A DNA stretch of 64,000 nucleotides, taken from the NCBI GenBank assembly GCA_020184695.1, contig JAANOX010000097.1, positions 109,880 through 173,879 of the forward strand, read 5' to 3'. Source of the DNA: Histomonas meleagridis 2922-C6/04-290x. Lineage: Eukaryota; Protista; Parabasalia. Below, piece by piece: positions 35,526 to 48,406 of the stretch. A model generated the notes under the pieces. The model searched no databases, was not told the DNA's origin, and worked only from the letters and a program-made list of their open reading frames with translations. Position numbers and translations under genes: made by a program. The stretch's first letter is position 1. Every line of letters starts with the position of its first letter.

Positions 35526-35774
35526 CTATTAACATGTAAAATAAACTTTCCTGTTATATTGTAAATGTCATGAATCAAAATGTTTCACTTGGAGTAAATT
35601 TTGACTAAACATTTCAAAAGATATTTTTAAATCATTGAAGAAATTTGATTGTGAACTAATTAAAAATCAAAAGGCACTTACAAAACACTTTTAAATTGGA
35701 GATTCGTTACAGGAATAAAATGATTTGTTCTTTCTCATTTGCATTGTACGTTTGTTGTTAAACGTTTATCAACA

Positions 35775-36566
35775 ATGGAACCTGACAACAAAAACAAGCA
35801 AAAACCAGTCGATCGTTCTAAATTAAAATCTTTTCGAGATATAACACATCTTCAGTCTCGAAGTACCAGTTATTCACGTCGCCAAATTCCCAGGCTTCCA
35901 ATGACAATTTTTATGAAACGACTTAATTCCGCACAAGACGATGACTCAGATGATTCATCCAGTAGCTCTTTTGTTGAGCCTATGCCTGTTATGGAAACCT
36001 GTCAATGCATTAAAAAGAAGAATACAAATATTCGTGGAACACGAATTTTTTTCCAACTTGTTCAAAACGGTCATGCCCTATATTCAGCCAAATATAAATC
36101 TTCAAAATCTACTGACTATATTCCAATTTCTTCAGGTGAGAAGGTCCATTTCAAATCTGAAACTCTTGATGGCGCACTTCTTTTTACTAATCAAATGTCT
36201 GACTTTTCTCTCCGTAAGTCAACCAAGTTTGGCGAGGAGCTTCTTTCTATCTTATTGCGTAAAGATATTACGGAAGAAGAGCCACGATCAATTACAGTAT
36301 ATTTCTTTGGATCCGATTCTTTACCACCAAAGCTGATGAGTGCAAAGCCACAATACAACCCTCAAACAGAGGAATGGTTTGTCGACCTTGGAACAGATGA
36401 AGCGCTTTCTAGCATTAAAAACTCGCGGCTTGAGGATGAAAACCATATGTTGTATGCGTATGTAAGGAAAACTGCAAAAAATGTACTCGAAGTCGAGGCT
36501 AGAACATGTATAGATAAGATGAGAGTGTTTGCAATTGCAATTGCATCGTTTTTATGTGATTTGTAA
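35775..36566 (+). CDS. Tubby-like C-terminal domain protein
   Basis: PRSITVYF, KPQYNP..W.VDLG, SSIKN and FAIAIASF resemble Tubby motifs; first ATG at 35775. Confidence 0.7.
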   Translation: MEPDNKNKQKPVDRSKLKSFRDITHLQSRSTSYSRRQIPRLPMTIFMKRLNSAQDDDSDDSSSSSFVEPMPVMETCQCIKKKNTNIRGTRIFFQLVQNGHALYSAKYKSSKSTDYIPISSGEKVHFKSETLDGALLFTNQMSDFSLRKSTKFGEELLSILLRKDITEEEPRSITVYFFGSDSLPPKLMSAKPQYNPQTEEWFVDLGTDEALSSIKNSRLEDENHMLYAYVRKTAKNVLEVEARTCIDKMRVFAIAIASFLCDL

Positions 36567-36988
36567 TGTTTGTTTTTAATTATTAAATTACATTTGGTTT
36601 CAAGCTGTATTGTAATGTATTTCGTTAATGGATACATTAAATTGGTATATCAACTTGGCCTTATGATTTATCATAAAGAAAAAACTAATGTAACTTTTTT
36701 CAACAAAAATCTTTCATTTAATCATCTCTATCAAAAATTAAAAAAAAGTGATTAATTTCTTTATTAATAAAAGTTACTTTTCTCTTAATTAATCCATTGT
36801 TTCCATTTTTTTTTGGGGGAATTAATGTTTTCCTGCACAACTTATGAGAAATTATTGTAAAAATTTTTTTATATAAAAATAGCTCTTGTTTCTTGCTTTG
36901 GATGTATCACACAATATCCACTTTTTATATGGTTTACATTGACGAGCTTGAAATTAAAAAAAATCAATTTGATAAAAAATGCTTTGGT

Positions 36989-37795
36989 TTACTCCAAGTT
37001 GATGTTAACTTTTGTAACTTTGAATTCATTGTCCTTTGCAAGGATGTCACTGTATTGAACAAATGGATGAGCTTCTGGTTCCTTCTGCTCCCATTGATCT
37101 GGGGTTAAGAATGAGTAAGTTGCCTCAATTGCTTTATATGTTGCAACGAGGAAGTTAGCTGATGTCTTTGTGTTACCAATTGATGATGTGAAGAGATCTT
37201 CGAAACCAGCCATAGCTAAAAGTTTCTTTGCGACAGAACCTGCAACAATGCCTGAACCACGTGGAGCTGGAATAAGCCTAACACGAACTGATCCACATTT
37301 TCCTGTAACTGTATTTGGAACAGTGTGAGGTTGACCGATCTTGTTACCCCAATATCCACGACGAACTGGAAGGATAGAAAGCTTGGCATAGATTAAAGCA
37401 CCTTTGATGGCATTTGCAACTTCTGCAGATGTTTTGATACCAAGACCAACATGTCCATCATAGTCACCTACTGCAACAACAGCCTTAAAGCGTGTACGTT
37501 GACCTGCACGTGTTTGTTTCTGAACTGGCATGATCTTCATGACTTCATCCTTTAAGTTATCACCTAAGAGTGCATCAATAATTTCTGGTTCTTTAATTGG
37601 CATAGCATGAAGATAAATTTGTTCGATAGAAGTAATACGACCACTAGCAACTAAACGTCCTAATTTTGTCTTTGGTTGCCATTTATCTTTTCCACCTCTG
37701 TTTTGTGCATTTCGTGGTGATCGTTCACGCTGTTGACGACCGCGCATTCCGCCACGGCGTTGTTCGCCTTGCTGCTGTTTTGGAGCTTCAGACAT
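36989..37795 (-). CDS. RPS2: 40S ribosomal protein S2 (uS5)
   Basis: [50 protein letters not shown]. Confidence 0.97.
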   Translation of the reverse strand: MSEAPKQQQGEQRRGGMRGRQQRERSPRNAQNRGGKDKWQPKTKLGRLVASGRITSIEQIYLHAMPIKEPEIIDALLGDNLKDEVMKIMPVQKQTRAGQRTRFKAVVAVGDYDGHVGLGIKTSAEVANAIKGALIYAKLSILPVRRGYWGNKIGQPHTVPNTVTGKCGSVRVRLIPAPRGSGIVAGSVAKKLLAMAGFEDLFTSSIGNTKTSANFLVATYKAIEATYSFLTPDQWEQKEPEAHPFVQYSDILAKDNEFKVTKVNINLE

Positions 37796-37801
37796 TGAAC
37801 A

Positions 37802-37832
37802 AAAGGAAGGCCATAACCGTTAAAACGGTTAT
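37802..37832 (-). promoter_or_regulatory. RPS2 core promoter: M5-like CCTTT element and a palindromic pair of M3-like sites
   Basis: CCTTCCTTTT just upstream of the ATG on the minus strand; ATAACCGTT-AA-AACGGTTAT at 37813-37832 fits the trichomonad M3 (Myb) consensus. Confidence 0.55.
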
Positions 37833-39019
37833 TTGTCCTCATTTAACGTCCAATTTCATGGCAAAATCTTAAAAAAAATGTAGGAATTAGTTTATTTTTT
37901 AATAGCTGGAAACATACAAGAACCTTTAGAAACTATGTCACATTTAAATATATATTTTTAAGAAATCAAAAAAAAAAATGATACGATTATCAAAATTATT
38001 TCAAACTTACTGAATGCAAGCATATTAAAATGATATCGAAAAACCATAAAGTCGCATCATTTTTTACAAGCAATGATGGATTCATCGGCAAATTAATTTA
38101 AATAATTGTATACTAATTCTTTTTTCTAAATATTTAGTGACATTAATTTTTGTAAATAGAATCACAATAATGAATCGTTGGACTAAAATTTATATAAATT
38201 GTTCGAGTAAAACTATAAAGAATAAATTTATATTTAAAACTTTTTTTGTTTCTTTTTCCTTCAACAACAACAAAATCAATGTCAATAAAGTAACCAAGGA
38301 AATGAACACATTTGAAACCTTAAACAGTATTATCACATCAGCATAACATCATCAACCCCAAGAATGGCCGCAGGGTAAGCATTACGAAGCGCACGCATGA
38401 AAGTTCCTGTGCCTTCATCACATAGCGCAACGATTATGTAACATGCGAAAATGAGATTTTTATTCGAAAAAGAACACAATCCAATACATACAAAACTAAA
38501 AAAGATAAAAAATATATAAAACATTTTTCTGTGACAATATATTTGAAAATGCACCGACAACGGAATTTATTCCTTTTTACCAGCTTGATGAACACGTATG
38601 CAGGATCAAATTGTGTGAATGATAGTTAATAATGTTGGTGATTAAGTTTCGAAATATGTGAAGAAAAATAAAAAAAATTTTTTTATGGTTTTTGGTTAGT
38701 TTGTGAATAAGTAGCATTGAAAGCAATGTGTTTTAACACAGAATATTTGTTTTGCTTTTTCATTGAATAATCATAATGAAGATAAAATGGTGCCAACTAG
38801 AGAGTGGTTGGATGAGGTCAAACAGAACTTTTTTTGTAGGCGCGCCTAATTCGTGTTCACTGTGGGTAAGGTGCCATTCATAACAATTTTAAATGAATGA
38901 CATTTGATCGTTTTATCAAAAACAAGTTGAAAATAAAAACAATTTTTATTTTTCACATCATTTTCCAAACAAACCAACAAGCATTTTAAGAAATCACTAC
39001 AAATATTATAAATATCATA

Positions 39020-39730
39020 ATAAAAGTTATGAAGAATTATCAAAGAATGATTGGGAACTTCATAAGCAATATGTTAAAGAAGGACATAATCCAAATGAAA
39101 TTTCAAAAATAATTGGATCTAAATCGATAAACTTCAATAAATGTCATCACAAACAAACTTTGACTTTAGCCAAACTATTGAACCATCACTCTATGAAAGA
39201 TGTTCTTTTATTAATCAAGAAAATGTTACATTAATTGATTATGCAGCATTTTTTTCTTCAGTTAAATGTTTTAAATATTTACTTATGAATAATTCAAATG
39301 TAAATAACACAGGTAAATATGCAGCTGCTGGTGGAAATGAAGAAATCATTCATTTATGCGAACAAAATCATTCGTCTTTTAAAAGCTGCTACAGCAATTA
39401 AATTTCATCGAAATGATATCTTTCATTATCTTTATGAAAATAAAATTGAAAAAATTAAAAATTCCAATGAGTTTGTAGTATTATTTTTAACTAATAAATT
39501 TTTAAATACTGAAATATTTAACTTTTTACTTAAACAAAAAGAAATTGATATTAATACTAAAAATATTTATTTGTTTTATTTTTGCGTTTATTTTAATAAT
39601 TTTGGATTTCAAAATAATATTTGAAAATTATTTGAAACAGCACTTATGCTAGCATCTCAATATGGTCATAACAGAAATAATTAAATTGCTTCTTGAAAAA
39701 GAAGGAATTGGTGTTAAAGCTAAAAATATT
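39020..39730 (+). pseudogene. 5'-truncated DUF3447/ankyrin fragment
   Basis: Starts abruptly at YEELSKNDWELHKQ; frameshifted pieces 39141..39401 and 39319..39624; one 75-nt spacer. Confidence 0.75.
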
Positions 39731-40196
39731 TAATATGTTATTTAAATGATCTCTGATAAAGCTTTGTAACAAATTTTATTTATATTAGAGGATATATTAT
39801 GTATAGAAATTTATTTTATATGTAAATAATCTATGAAATGCAATTACCTCAAAGAATTAATAGGATCACTTTTTAAAAACCAAACTCATGAGTACTTATC
39901 TGACTTTACGTTTTTATCTCTTTCTTTCTCAATTTATTCTTCGACAATACATTATAACAAACTCACTAAAAATAATTAAAGCTATAAGTAGTGTTCCAAT
40001 AGTTACTACGGTGAGAATTAAATTATCTTTGCTTGTCATTATTCCAGATGTTTTTGTGAAATTTGATGAATTTTTATCTTGAAAGATTTTATATATTTGT
40101 ATGTTTTTGTTTTTTGACTAAATGTGTTCTCTGAAATTTTGTTGAAATCTTTGGATTTGATTTTGTTTTGAAGAAAAATAAAACCAAAATCAGAAT

Positions 40197-41730
40197 ATGA
40201 AAAATGTAAACTGCTCCAAAAAGATCTTTCAGGAGTACGATACATATCGTTCATTTGAAATCAAAAAAAGTTACATTTTAATGACTGAAAGCGCACAAAC
40301 ACTTGAATCAGAAAATGAAGCAAATAATGCATCAATCAAAAGCCAATCTATGTATATGCAAAAGTTGATTTCTTTAGAACAGATCATATTTAATCTTACA
40401 GAAAAAAACTTTGAAATTTCTGTTGCAAAAACAATGAATTTATTTGATAAAGATTTTCCTTGTACATTTAATTATTGTATAATTGTTTTAGTTTATTCTG
40501 CATTTTCATCTCAAAGAGAATCAATCCGAACATATTTCAATTATTTACAAGAAATTCAAACACAAGAAGAAGAAATTATTCACAACAATCCAAAAATTAT
40601 TGAAATTTTTACTAATTATATATCAGAATTTAATACACAAGAGACATATTATATCATTGAAAAACTGATTGAGAAAGAATTAATTAATATAAATATTACC
40701 AAAAACTTTAATACCAATTATTTTGCACATTATAAAACTGAAGAGGAAAACAAGAAAAACGATTCTAAAGATCCATTAAATAAAGAATTTAAAAATAATT
40801 ATGAAAAATTATCAAAGAATGATTGGGAACTTCATAAGCAATTAGTTAAAGAAGGAGTTAATCCGAATGAAATATCAAAAATCATTCGAAATGATGATAT
40901 AGAGAAACTTCAAGAAATATCAACACAAGAAGATTTCGATTTTAATCAAATCATTAAACCATCACTTTATGAAAGATATTCATTTATTAACAAAGAAAAT
41001 GTCACATTAATTGATTTTGCAGCATTTTTTGGAGCAATTCAATGTTTTAAATATTTATTAATGATTAATGCATAAGTCGAAAACACATGTAAGTATGCAA
41101 TTGCAGGTGGAAATCTTGAAATTATTTATTTATGTGAACAAAATCATTCAACATTTGACGATGTTTATGAAATAGCAATTAAATTTCATCGAAATGATAT
41201 CTTTAAATATATTTATGAAAACAAAATCGAAAAATTAGATCAAAACAATCAACAACATTTATTAACATATGTAATTACAAACAAAATTCCATTTAAAAAC
41301 TTTGGATATTATATAAGTAACATACAAACATTAACTGATATTTTAAATATGTATTAGGTAATTATTTTCATTATTTAAATCGATATTATATTTTGAAACA
41401 GAAAAAAATCACATCGGAATGGTTAAATTACTTCTTGAACAAAAAGGAATTGATATTAATGCTAAAGATATTTATTTGTTATATAAAAAATTTATATTAA
41501 TAATTTTATATTTCAAAATAATATTTGGAAATTATTTAAATTGTTTAATACGGCACTTATTTTAGCATCTGGTTATAGTCGTACAGAAATAGTTAAATTA
41601 CTTTTTGAACAAGAAGGAATTGATGTTAATGCTAAAAGTATTTATTTGTTATATTTAAAATTTATTATAATAATTTAATATTTCAAAATAATATTTGGAA
41701 ATTATTTATATTATTTAATACAGCACTTAT
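40197..41730 (+). pseudogene. DUF3447/ankyrin locus with an in-frame TAA at 41073-41075 and two 83-nt-spacer ankyrin junctions
   Basis: Frame continues after the TAA (VENTCKYAIAGGNLE..FHRNDIF); ankyrin units at 41420-41725. Confidence 0.75.
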
Positions 41731-41829
41731 AGAGGCAGATATTTATTTTAATAATTTTGACCTAACAAAAACCCTTACAAAAACCTCATCAAACGTTTTT
41801 ACAACAATTCAATAAATATCGTTCAAATT

Positions 41830-43958
41830 TTATCATTTTTATATTTTCTAATAAAAGTATTTGTCATTAATGACTCTAATTACGAAGATTCTGATGATAA
41901 TATTATCCGCATCTATAATTTTTCCAACGCATGCTCATGCTGTTATAAATCTTAATTATACTATTGAAGATTTATGGTCAATCGACATCTTAGGCCCGAA
42001 GAAGTCGATGATCTCACCATTCTAAACTACACGCATGACCGATATGATGAAATTATAGAATTTCTCCTAAAAAACTTGTGACATGGAGGATGAGTGTAAA
42101 AATAACTCTCACTATGACTCCTGAAGAACATTATAAAATGACAGGCCTTCCTGAAGATGTAAATTTTGGTGATGCTGGAGATTACTGGAAAGGATATTTC
42201 ACGCAAGCATATAATGATTCACTCGAATATATGATACAAGTTGACTTGTCATATTATAGATATTTAAAAATATCTAATAATGGTTTGACACTTAAAAGTC
42301 AGTGGCTCCAACCTAATCATAATTATAATCAATATAAAGGTTACTACACAATTATCATGGACTATACATCTTCTCTCATGACCAGTGTAGAACATGAACG
42401 TATTTCTCGTCAAGAAGTAAGCAAGCAACAGGTAATTTTACCGGGTATGGTGCTAACAATGATCTACACACGGATTACGAAAAACTAGTTGTTATTTGGT
42501 GGTGGATTAGTGATAATGTTGAATATGCCGGTATACCTCAAAATGGAAATTCAGGTATACGGCACTGTTCTTACATAAAACTGTATGCCAAGGCTACTCA
42601 GCTATATCGACACTCTTCTTCAATCGCGCAGGTATTGAAGGCTTTTCTGTAGTTGGAGTGACGTCAAGTAAACACGCATGGAATTGGGTTCATCTTGGCG
42701 AAGAATGGTATGCATTCGACAGCACAAGTTCTCTAGAAGGATTGTTCTTAAGGGGAATCAATGCTTCTTATCATAGGAAGGAATATAAATATATTTATAG
42801 TGAATTAGAATGGGGATTCCCAATTACCGATTATGATTATCAGTATAAGAAACATGTTTATATGGAACCTATAGATAAACCAATATTATATCAAATGGAA
42901 GCAACAGACTCTGGATTAATTGGATCAAATCTTAGGTGGACAGTGAAAAATGGGCTTCTTACGATTAAAGGAAATGGACAAATGCGCGATTTCGAAAACG
43001 AAACACTTGTTCCATGGAAGAACTTCTTTAATGACATTACAAATCTTAAATTTGAAGAAGGTGTTACATCTATTGGTGCTTATGCATTTTATAATGTAAA
43101 GTAACTGACATATGAAAAATGCAAAGATAAATTGGGATCAGTACAATCAATTGGAAATAAGGCATTTTCAGATTATGAAGGATCTTTAAAGATGATGCAT
43201 TAAGAATAATTAATGAGTTAAAGTTTTTAGATGAAGAAAATAAAGCAAATTACATTAAACAAATTTCAAATGCAGAATCAAAAGAAGATACAGACAAAAT
43301 TGTTGCTGATGCAAAAGCTGCAGCAAATGAAAATGAAAAAGCACAAAAAGCAACAGCAAATAATAAAATTAACGAATTAAAGTTTTTAGAAGAAGAAAAT
43401 AAAGCAAATTACATTAAACAAATATCAAATGCAAAATCGCAAGCAGAATTAAGTGAAATTATTTCAAGTGCAGAATCTGCAGCAAATGAAAATGAAAAAG
43501 CGCAAAAGGAATCAGCAAAGAACAAAATTAATAATTTGTTTTTGGAAGAAGAAAACAAATTGAATTATACAGCACAAATTTCAAATGCAAACTCAATTGC
43601 AGAATTAAATGAAATTGTTGCAAAAGCGCAATCACAAAATGAAGAAATAAAATCAAATAAAAAAGAAACAGTTAAACAAGACATCGGAAAGTTGGAAAAT
43701 TTGGGCGATTTGCAGCAAGAGTACATTGATAAGTTAAACAATGCCCAATCAGAACAAGAGTTTAATCAGATATTACAAGAAGCGATTGCCAAAAACAAAG
43801 AAATGTAATCAAATGGAGGAGACGACTCCAAAGATAACACCAACACAGCAGTGGCGATAGCAGTTCCTGTTGCTATTGTCGTAATTGCAGTTGTTGTTGT
43901 TATTATTGTCCTTGTTGTTAGAAGAAAGAACAAAAAAGAGATCAGTTATGAACCTTAA
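41830..43958 (+). pseudogene. Disrupted surface protein: transglutaminase-like domain + BspA-type fragment + 4 GA/FIVAR-like helical repeats + TM
   Basis: TVCQGYS..HAWNWV..WYAFDST in one frame; WTVKNGLLTIKGNGQMRDF..EGVTSIGAYAF; repeats of KINELKFL.EENK.NY..QISNA; TM AVAIAVPVAIVVIAVVVVIIVLVV-RRK; several frameshifts and stops. Confidence 0.7.
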
Positions 43959-44184
43959 ATTTTCTGTATTTAACAAACAGATCGGATCGGAATTGCATTT
44001 AATAAAGCTAAATAAATAAAATCTCTGAATTTTTCACCGAATGGTTAACCATTAGTTTTTGCTAAATCCAAAATTACGACTGATCTTTTGGTTGTATCCT
44101 AATTATCTATTTCAAACATGGAGCTGACTCAATGAGCAGTAATACCACTGCGGTAATTGCGTAAAAATTTCAAATAAAAGTCGT

Positions 44185-45207
44185 TTATTGTTTATTTACA
44201 ATTTCATCTTCTGCAAAATAAGATTGTCGCAACTTTTGTTCCATTGCCCTTATGCACTTTGGAAAGAAGTTAAGAGAATAAAACACATCTCTTGGCTCGA
44301 TTCTTCTGTTATTCAATTTTTGATCTTCTTCAGCTTTTCCACCGAAAACCTCTGCAGCGTGTGCACTAAACTGTCCTACCTTTGGCTGAGGTTGGCTCTT
44401 AAACTTACTGCTTACATTTTCAACTTCTTTTAGATATGTATATCCTTCATTTTCATGGGCAAAGTTCTTATTCATTGTTCCTATCTGCTTTAATTGGTTT
44501 GTTATTTTATATATTTGGTGCCTTGTCTCAAGAGCTTCGTTCGAATTCTCGCTAGGTAGAAACGGTTGGTTCTTCTTTAAGTCGATCGATAAAAACAACG
44601 GTTCGTAACGGTCGTCTTCATCCGCATCAGTGTTTGGGACGAAAGCGTGCTTCCTGAGCGTGTTAGAATAGCACAATTCAAGGGAAAGGAAGTATTGCGA
44701 AATTTTCGGTGAAAGTGTGATTTGTCTTTCGCTTACTGGTGGGACATAATAATTGGTACGTTGACGTGATGATTGACCAGCAGCTAAAACAATTTTACAA
44801 AGTAAAACAGATACATTTTGAGTGATAACTTTGATGGCATCAACTGAAAATGTTGCATTATTCTCATCGGCTATCCTTTTAAAGTACTCAAGAATAGCAT
44901 TCTTTTTAAGGAGCTTGGAAAATGCAAGTGGTTTTTGAGAAATAGGTAAATGATAACTTGAATGTGCAAAGGCTTTGGAATAAGGAAGATCAATTCTATG
45001 AACTTGGGAAGCAATTAAAGGAGAAATTGGTTTCAGGTTATTTGCATCAAATGCATGGCTTGGAAAATAATCAACACCATAATTATCTTTGATTGGCCGA
45101 AATGAAAGTGGAACCGATGTTGTAGGAAGAGGTCTTTGGTTGAGGGAAAGTGAAATTGTTGAGGTTTTATCTGTTTTTATCGGAGGCTTTTGCTCAGTTT
45201 GCTGCAT
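44185..45207 (-). CDS. TAF4-like TFIID subunit (histone fold plus conserved C-terminal motif)
   Basis: ILEYFKRIADENN..DAIKVITQNVSVLLCKIV..SRQR resembles the TAF4 histone fold; RRIEPRDVFYSL resembles the TAF4 C-terminal R.V..RD..F.LE motif. Confidence 0.5.
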   Translation of the reverse strand: MQQTEQKPPIKTDKTSTISLSLNQRPLPTTSVPLSFRPIKDNYGVDYFPSHAFDANNLKPISPLIASQVHRIDLPYSKAFAHSSYHLPISQKPLAFSKLLKKNAILEYFKRIADENNATFSVDAIKVITQNVSVLLCKIVLAAGQSSRQRTNYYVPPVSERQITLSPKISQYFLSLELCYSNTLRKHAFVPNTDADEDDRYEPLFLSIDLKKNQPFLPSENSNEALETRHQIYKITNQLKQIGTMNKNFAHENEGYTYLKEVENVSSKFKSQPQPKVGQFSAHAAEVFGGKAEEDQKLNNRRIEPRDVFYSLNFFPKCIRAMEQKLRQSYFAEDEIVNKQ

Positions 45208-45539
45208 CAAGTTGTTATTGCTTAATAAACGGGCGATAAAGAGCTGTTTATTATGTCACTTTTTATCAACAAAATCATAGTTAGTTTAATGCACTTTTTA
45301 ATATACTTTTTAAATTTTTTATTTGCATAACAATCATTAAACTGAACTATAAATCAAAAGAGCATTATAATACTTGACTACAGTTTTTTAATTATAAAAT
45401 GTTTGCACAATTTGTTTTTTTTAATTCTCATTTAATATTATGTTTTATTTTTTGTTTAAAAATGGACGCATTTATCTTTTTTCTTTTTATGCTTCTTAAA
45501 TATTATTTTAAAATATTATATTAATTAAAAAAATATTTT

Positions 45540-47900
45540 CAACATTAACATTATCATTGATCCCTTTATGTTCAAGAAGTAATTTAACTATTTCCATATT
45601 ATTGTTTGCTTTTGCAATGGAAAAAGGTGATTCAAATACTCACAAAAATTTCCAAATATTATTTTGAAATTAGAAATTATTATAATAAACATGATACAAA
45701 ATATACATGTATTTGTTGAATCGATATAAATATTTTTTTGTTCAAGTAGTAATTTAACTATTTCTGTATGATCATATCTGATTGCATATGTAAGTGCTGA
45801 TTCAAAAAATTTGAATAATTTTGAAATATAATATTATGTACATAAAAATAATTAAGATACGCGTCATAAGAAACAAATAAAAAGTTAGAGCATTCACATC
45901 AATTCCTTCTTGTTCAAGAAGTAATTTGACTATTTCTTTGTTACCATTTTTGGATGCATACATAAGTGCAGTTCTAAATAGTTTGAATAATTTCCAAATA
46001 TTGTTTTGATATATCCCAAAATTTTTATAATAAATTAAAAATAAATAAATAAAATTATGTTAGCGTATACATCAATTCCTTTTTGCTTAAGTAACAATTT
46101 AATTATTTCTGTGTTATTACTACGAGCAGCATTAATAAGTTCTGTTTTAAATGATCTAAATTATTCCAAAATATTATTTTAAAATTTCAAATAACAAAAA
46201 TATATAAAAAACAATACAAACAAATATCTTTTGCATTAACATCAATTCGTTTTCGCTCAAGAATTGATTTAAATATTTCTACATTGTCAATTCTAGCAGC
46301 ATACACAAGTACTGTTTCAAATAATTTTAAATATCATCAAATAAGAAAAAATAACAGAATTATTTTTGATATTCACATCAATTCCTTCTTGATTAAGAAG
46401 TAACTTGATTATTTCTATATGATAATATGCAGCTGCATATATAAGTGCTGTATTAAATAATATAAATAATTTCCAAATATTATTTTGAAATATAAAATTA
46501 TTAAAATAAATTTCAAATAAAACAAATAAATATCTTTAGCATTAATGTCAATTCCTTCTTGTTCAAGAAGTAATTTAAATATTTCTATATAACCATTTTT
46601 AGATGCTAACATAAGTGCTGTACTAAATAATTTAAATAATTTCCAAATATTATTTTGAAATATAAAATTATTAAAATAAATTTTATCTTTTGCATTAACA
46701 GCAATTTTTCTTTGTTCAAGAAGTAATTTAAATATTTCAATATGACCTTTTTCAGCTGCAATAATAAGTGCTGTTCTAAATGATTTGGATAATATCCAAA
46801 TATTATTTTGAAATGTCAAAAACTTAAAATTAATATCAAATAAAACAAACAAATATATCTTGAATTGACAATAATTCCATCTTGATTTAAGATATATTTA
46901 ACAAGTTCAATATTTCCTGATTCTGTTGAATAAAGTAAAATATTTTTTGGAAGTTGATTTTCTTCAATAAAATGTTTAACAAGAAATAAATTTCCAATTT
47001 TTGCTGATTTGTTAATAATATCTTCATTAATTTCCATACCTTCTCCTATTAAAAATGAAAAAATTTCATAATTTTGAAATGAAACACAAATTTTTCCTAA
47101 TTCTGTTTTATCATTAATCTTTCCAATTTTGTTGTCATACAAATATTTAAATATATCATTTCGATGAAACTCAATTGCTGTTTCATATGCATCTTTAAAT
47201 GAAGAATGATTTTGTTCACATAAATGAATGATTTCTTCATTTCCACCTGCAATTGCATATTTACCTGTGTTTATTACATTTGCTCCATTCATAAGTAAAA
47301 ATTTAAAACATTTAATAGAAGAAAAAAATGCTGCATAATCAATTAATGTAACATTTTCTTGATTAATAAATGAACATCTTTCATAAAGTGATGGTTCAAT
47401 TTTTTTATTCATATCAAAATCATTTTGTGATGACATTTCTTGAAGTTTTTCTATTTCATCATTCCGAATTATTTCGGCTACTTCGTTTTTATTAACTCCT
47501 TCTTTAACATATTGCTTATGAAGTTCCCAATTATTCTTTGAAAGTTTGTGATAATTTTGTTTTACAAACCTTAAAAATTTATATTCTATATGATCATATT
47601 TATACTTTTTACCATTTATTTTTATTTTTTTATTTCATCTTGAGAAAGATATTGAACAAAAAATATCGATTTTGTTTCATTTGCTACATTTGTGCTAATT
47701 AATTTTTGTTGTATTAATTGATTAAGAATATAACATGATTCTTGTGAATTTAAGCTGAGAAGAAATTGTGTAAAAACATAAAATATATTATATTTGCTCT
47801 CAATGGATCCTTCTTTTGTTTCTATTAACTTTAAAAAATTTAAGTAAAGTTCAAAATCTACGAGATCTCGTAGAAAATATTGAATGAAAATGTTGCAACT
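45540..47900 (-). pseudogene. DUF3447/ankyrin locus with a broken N-module and an array of spacer-interrupted ankyrin repeats
   Basis: ORFs 46816..47436 and 46415..46852; spacers measured at 66, 83 and 49 nt; further units down to about 45540. Confidence 0.75.
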
Positions 47901-48406
47901 TTTCCTGAGGCTCTATATTCAAAAAGTGAAGAGTATTGTGAGAATAAACCTTTAAAAAAAATCGATAATTTTGGGGGTGAGAAATCCTAGATATTTATTC
48001 CAGGATGTGAGTACCTTATTCGCAATTTAGAGAAAAGCCCGAAGGCCTTCTGCCTCAACCCCCTTAATGTTTTTCCCCCAAGTACTGCGGCTACACCTAC
48101 GATGATAAAAGCACATCAAGATTTCATTTTTGTATGGTATTGAATGCATTCAATATTTTCTATGAGGCCTTGCAACCCCGAAAAACCCCTGTATGCTTTT
48201 ATCGTTGTTGGCCGTTTAGACGGAAACCAAAATATCGGAAAACAGAAAAATATTGGAACAAGAAATTCATAACAATCAGACAGTATTCCACCATCATATT
48301 TCATGAAAGAATTATTCTTTAAGAAGAACCAAATGAAAAACGAATTCACATTTAAATAAAAACATCAAAATTAAAGAAATAGACTAATAAAATGTGTTTT
48401 TTTTAT

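Noticed and set aside
38336-38590. RNase MRP/P-like RNA (GAAAGTTCC paired with GGAATT; CATCAGC paired with GCTTGATG)
   Set aside because: P4 lacks the canonical bulge and the CR-V consensus, and the interior is unstructured AT-rich sequence; kept only as part of the generic ncRNA candidate
41460-41725. Programmed -1 frameshift at T-TTA-AAT near the spacer 3' end, which is correctly phased into the TAL frame
   Set aside because: Many copies have a TAA or TGA in the zero frame upstream of the heptamer, the heptamer is lost in several copies, and up to ten serial shifts would yield negligible protein
41073-43808. Stop-codon reassignment to explain in-frame TAA at 41073 and 43806 and in spacers
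   Set aside because: TAA terminates clearly intact genes here (RPS2, E2, G-alpha, nucleotidase), and the same loci also carry frameshifts
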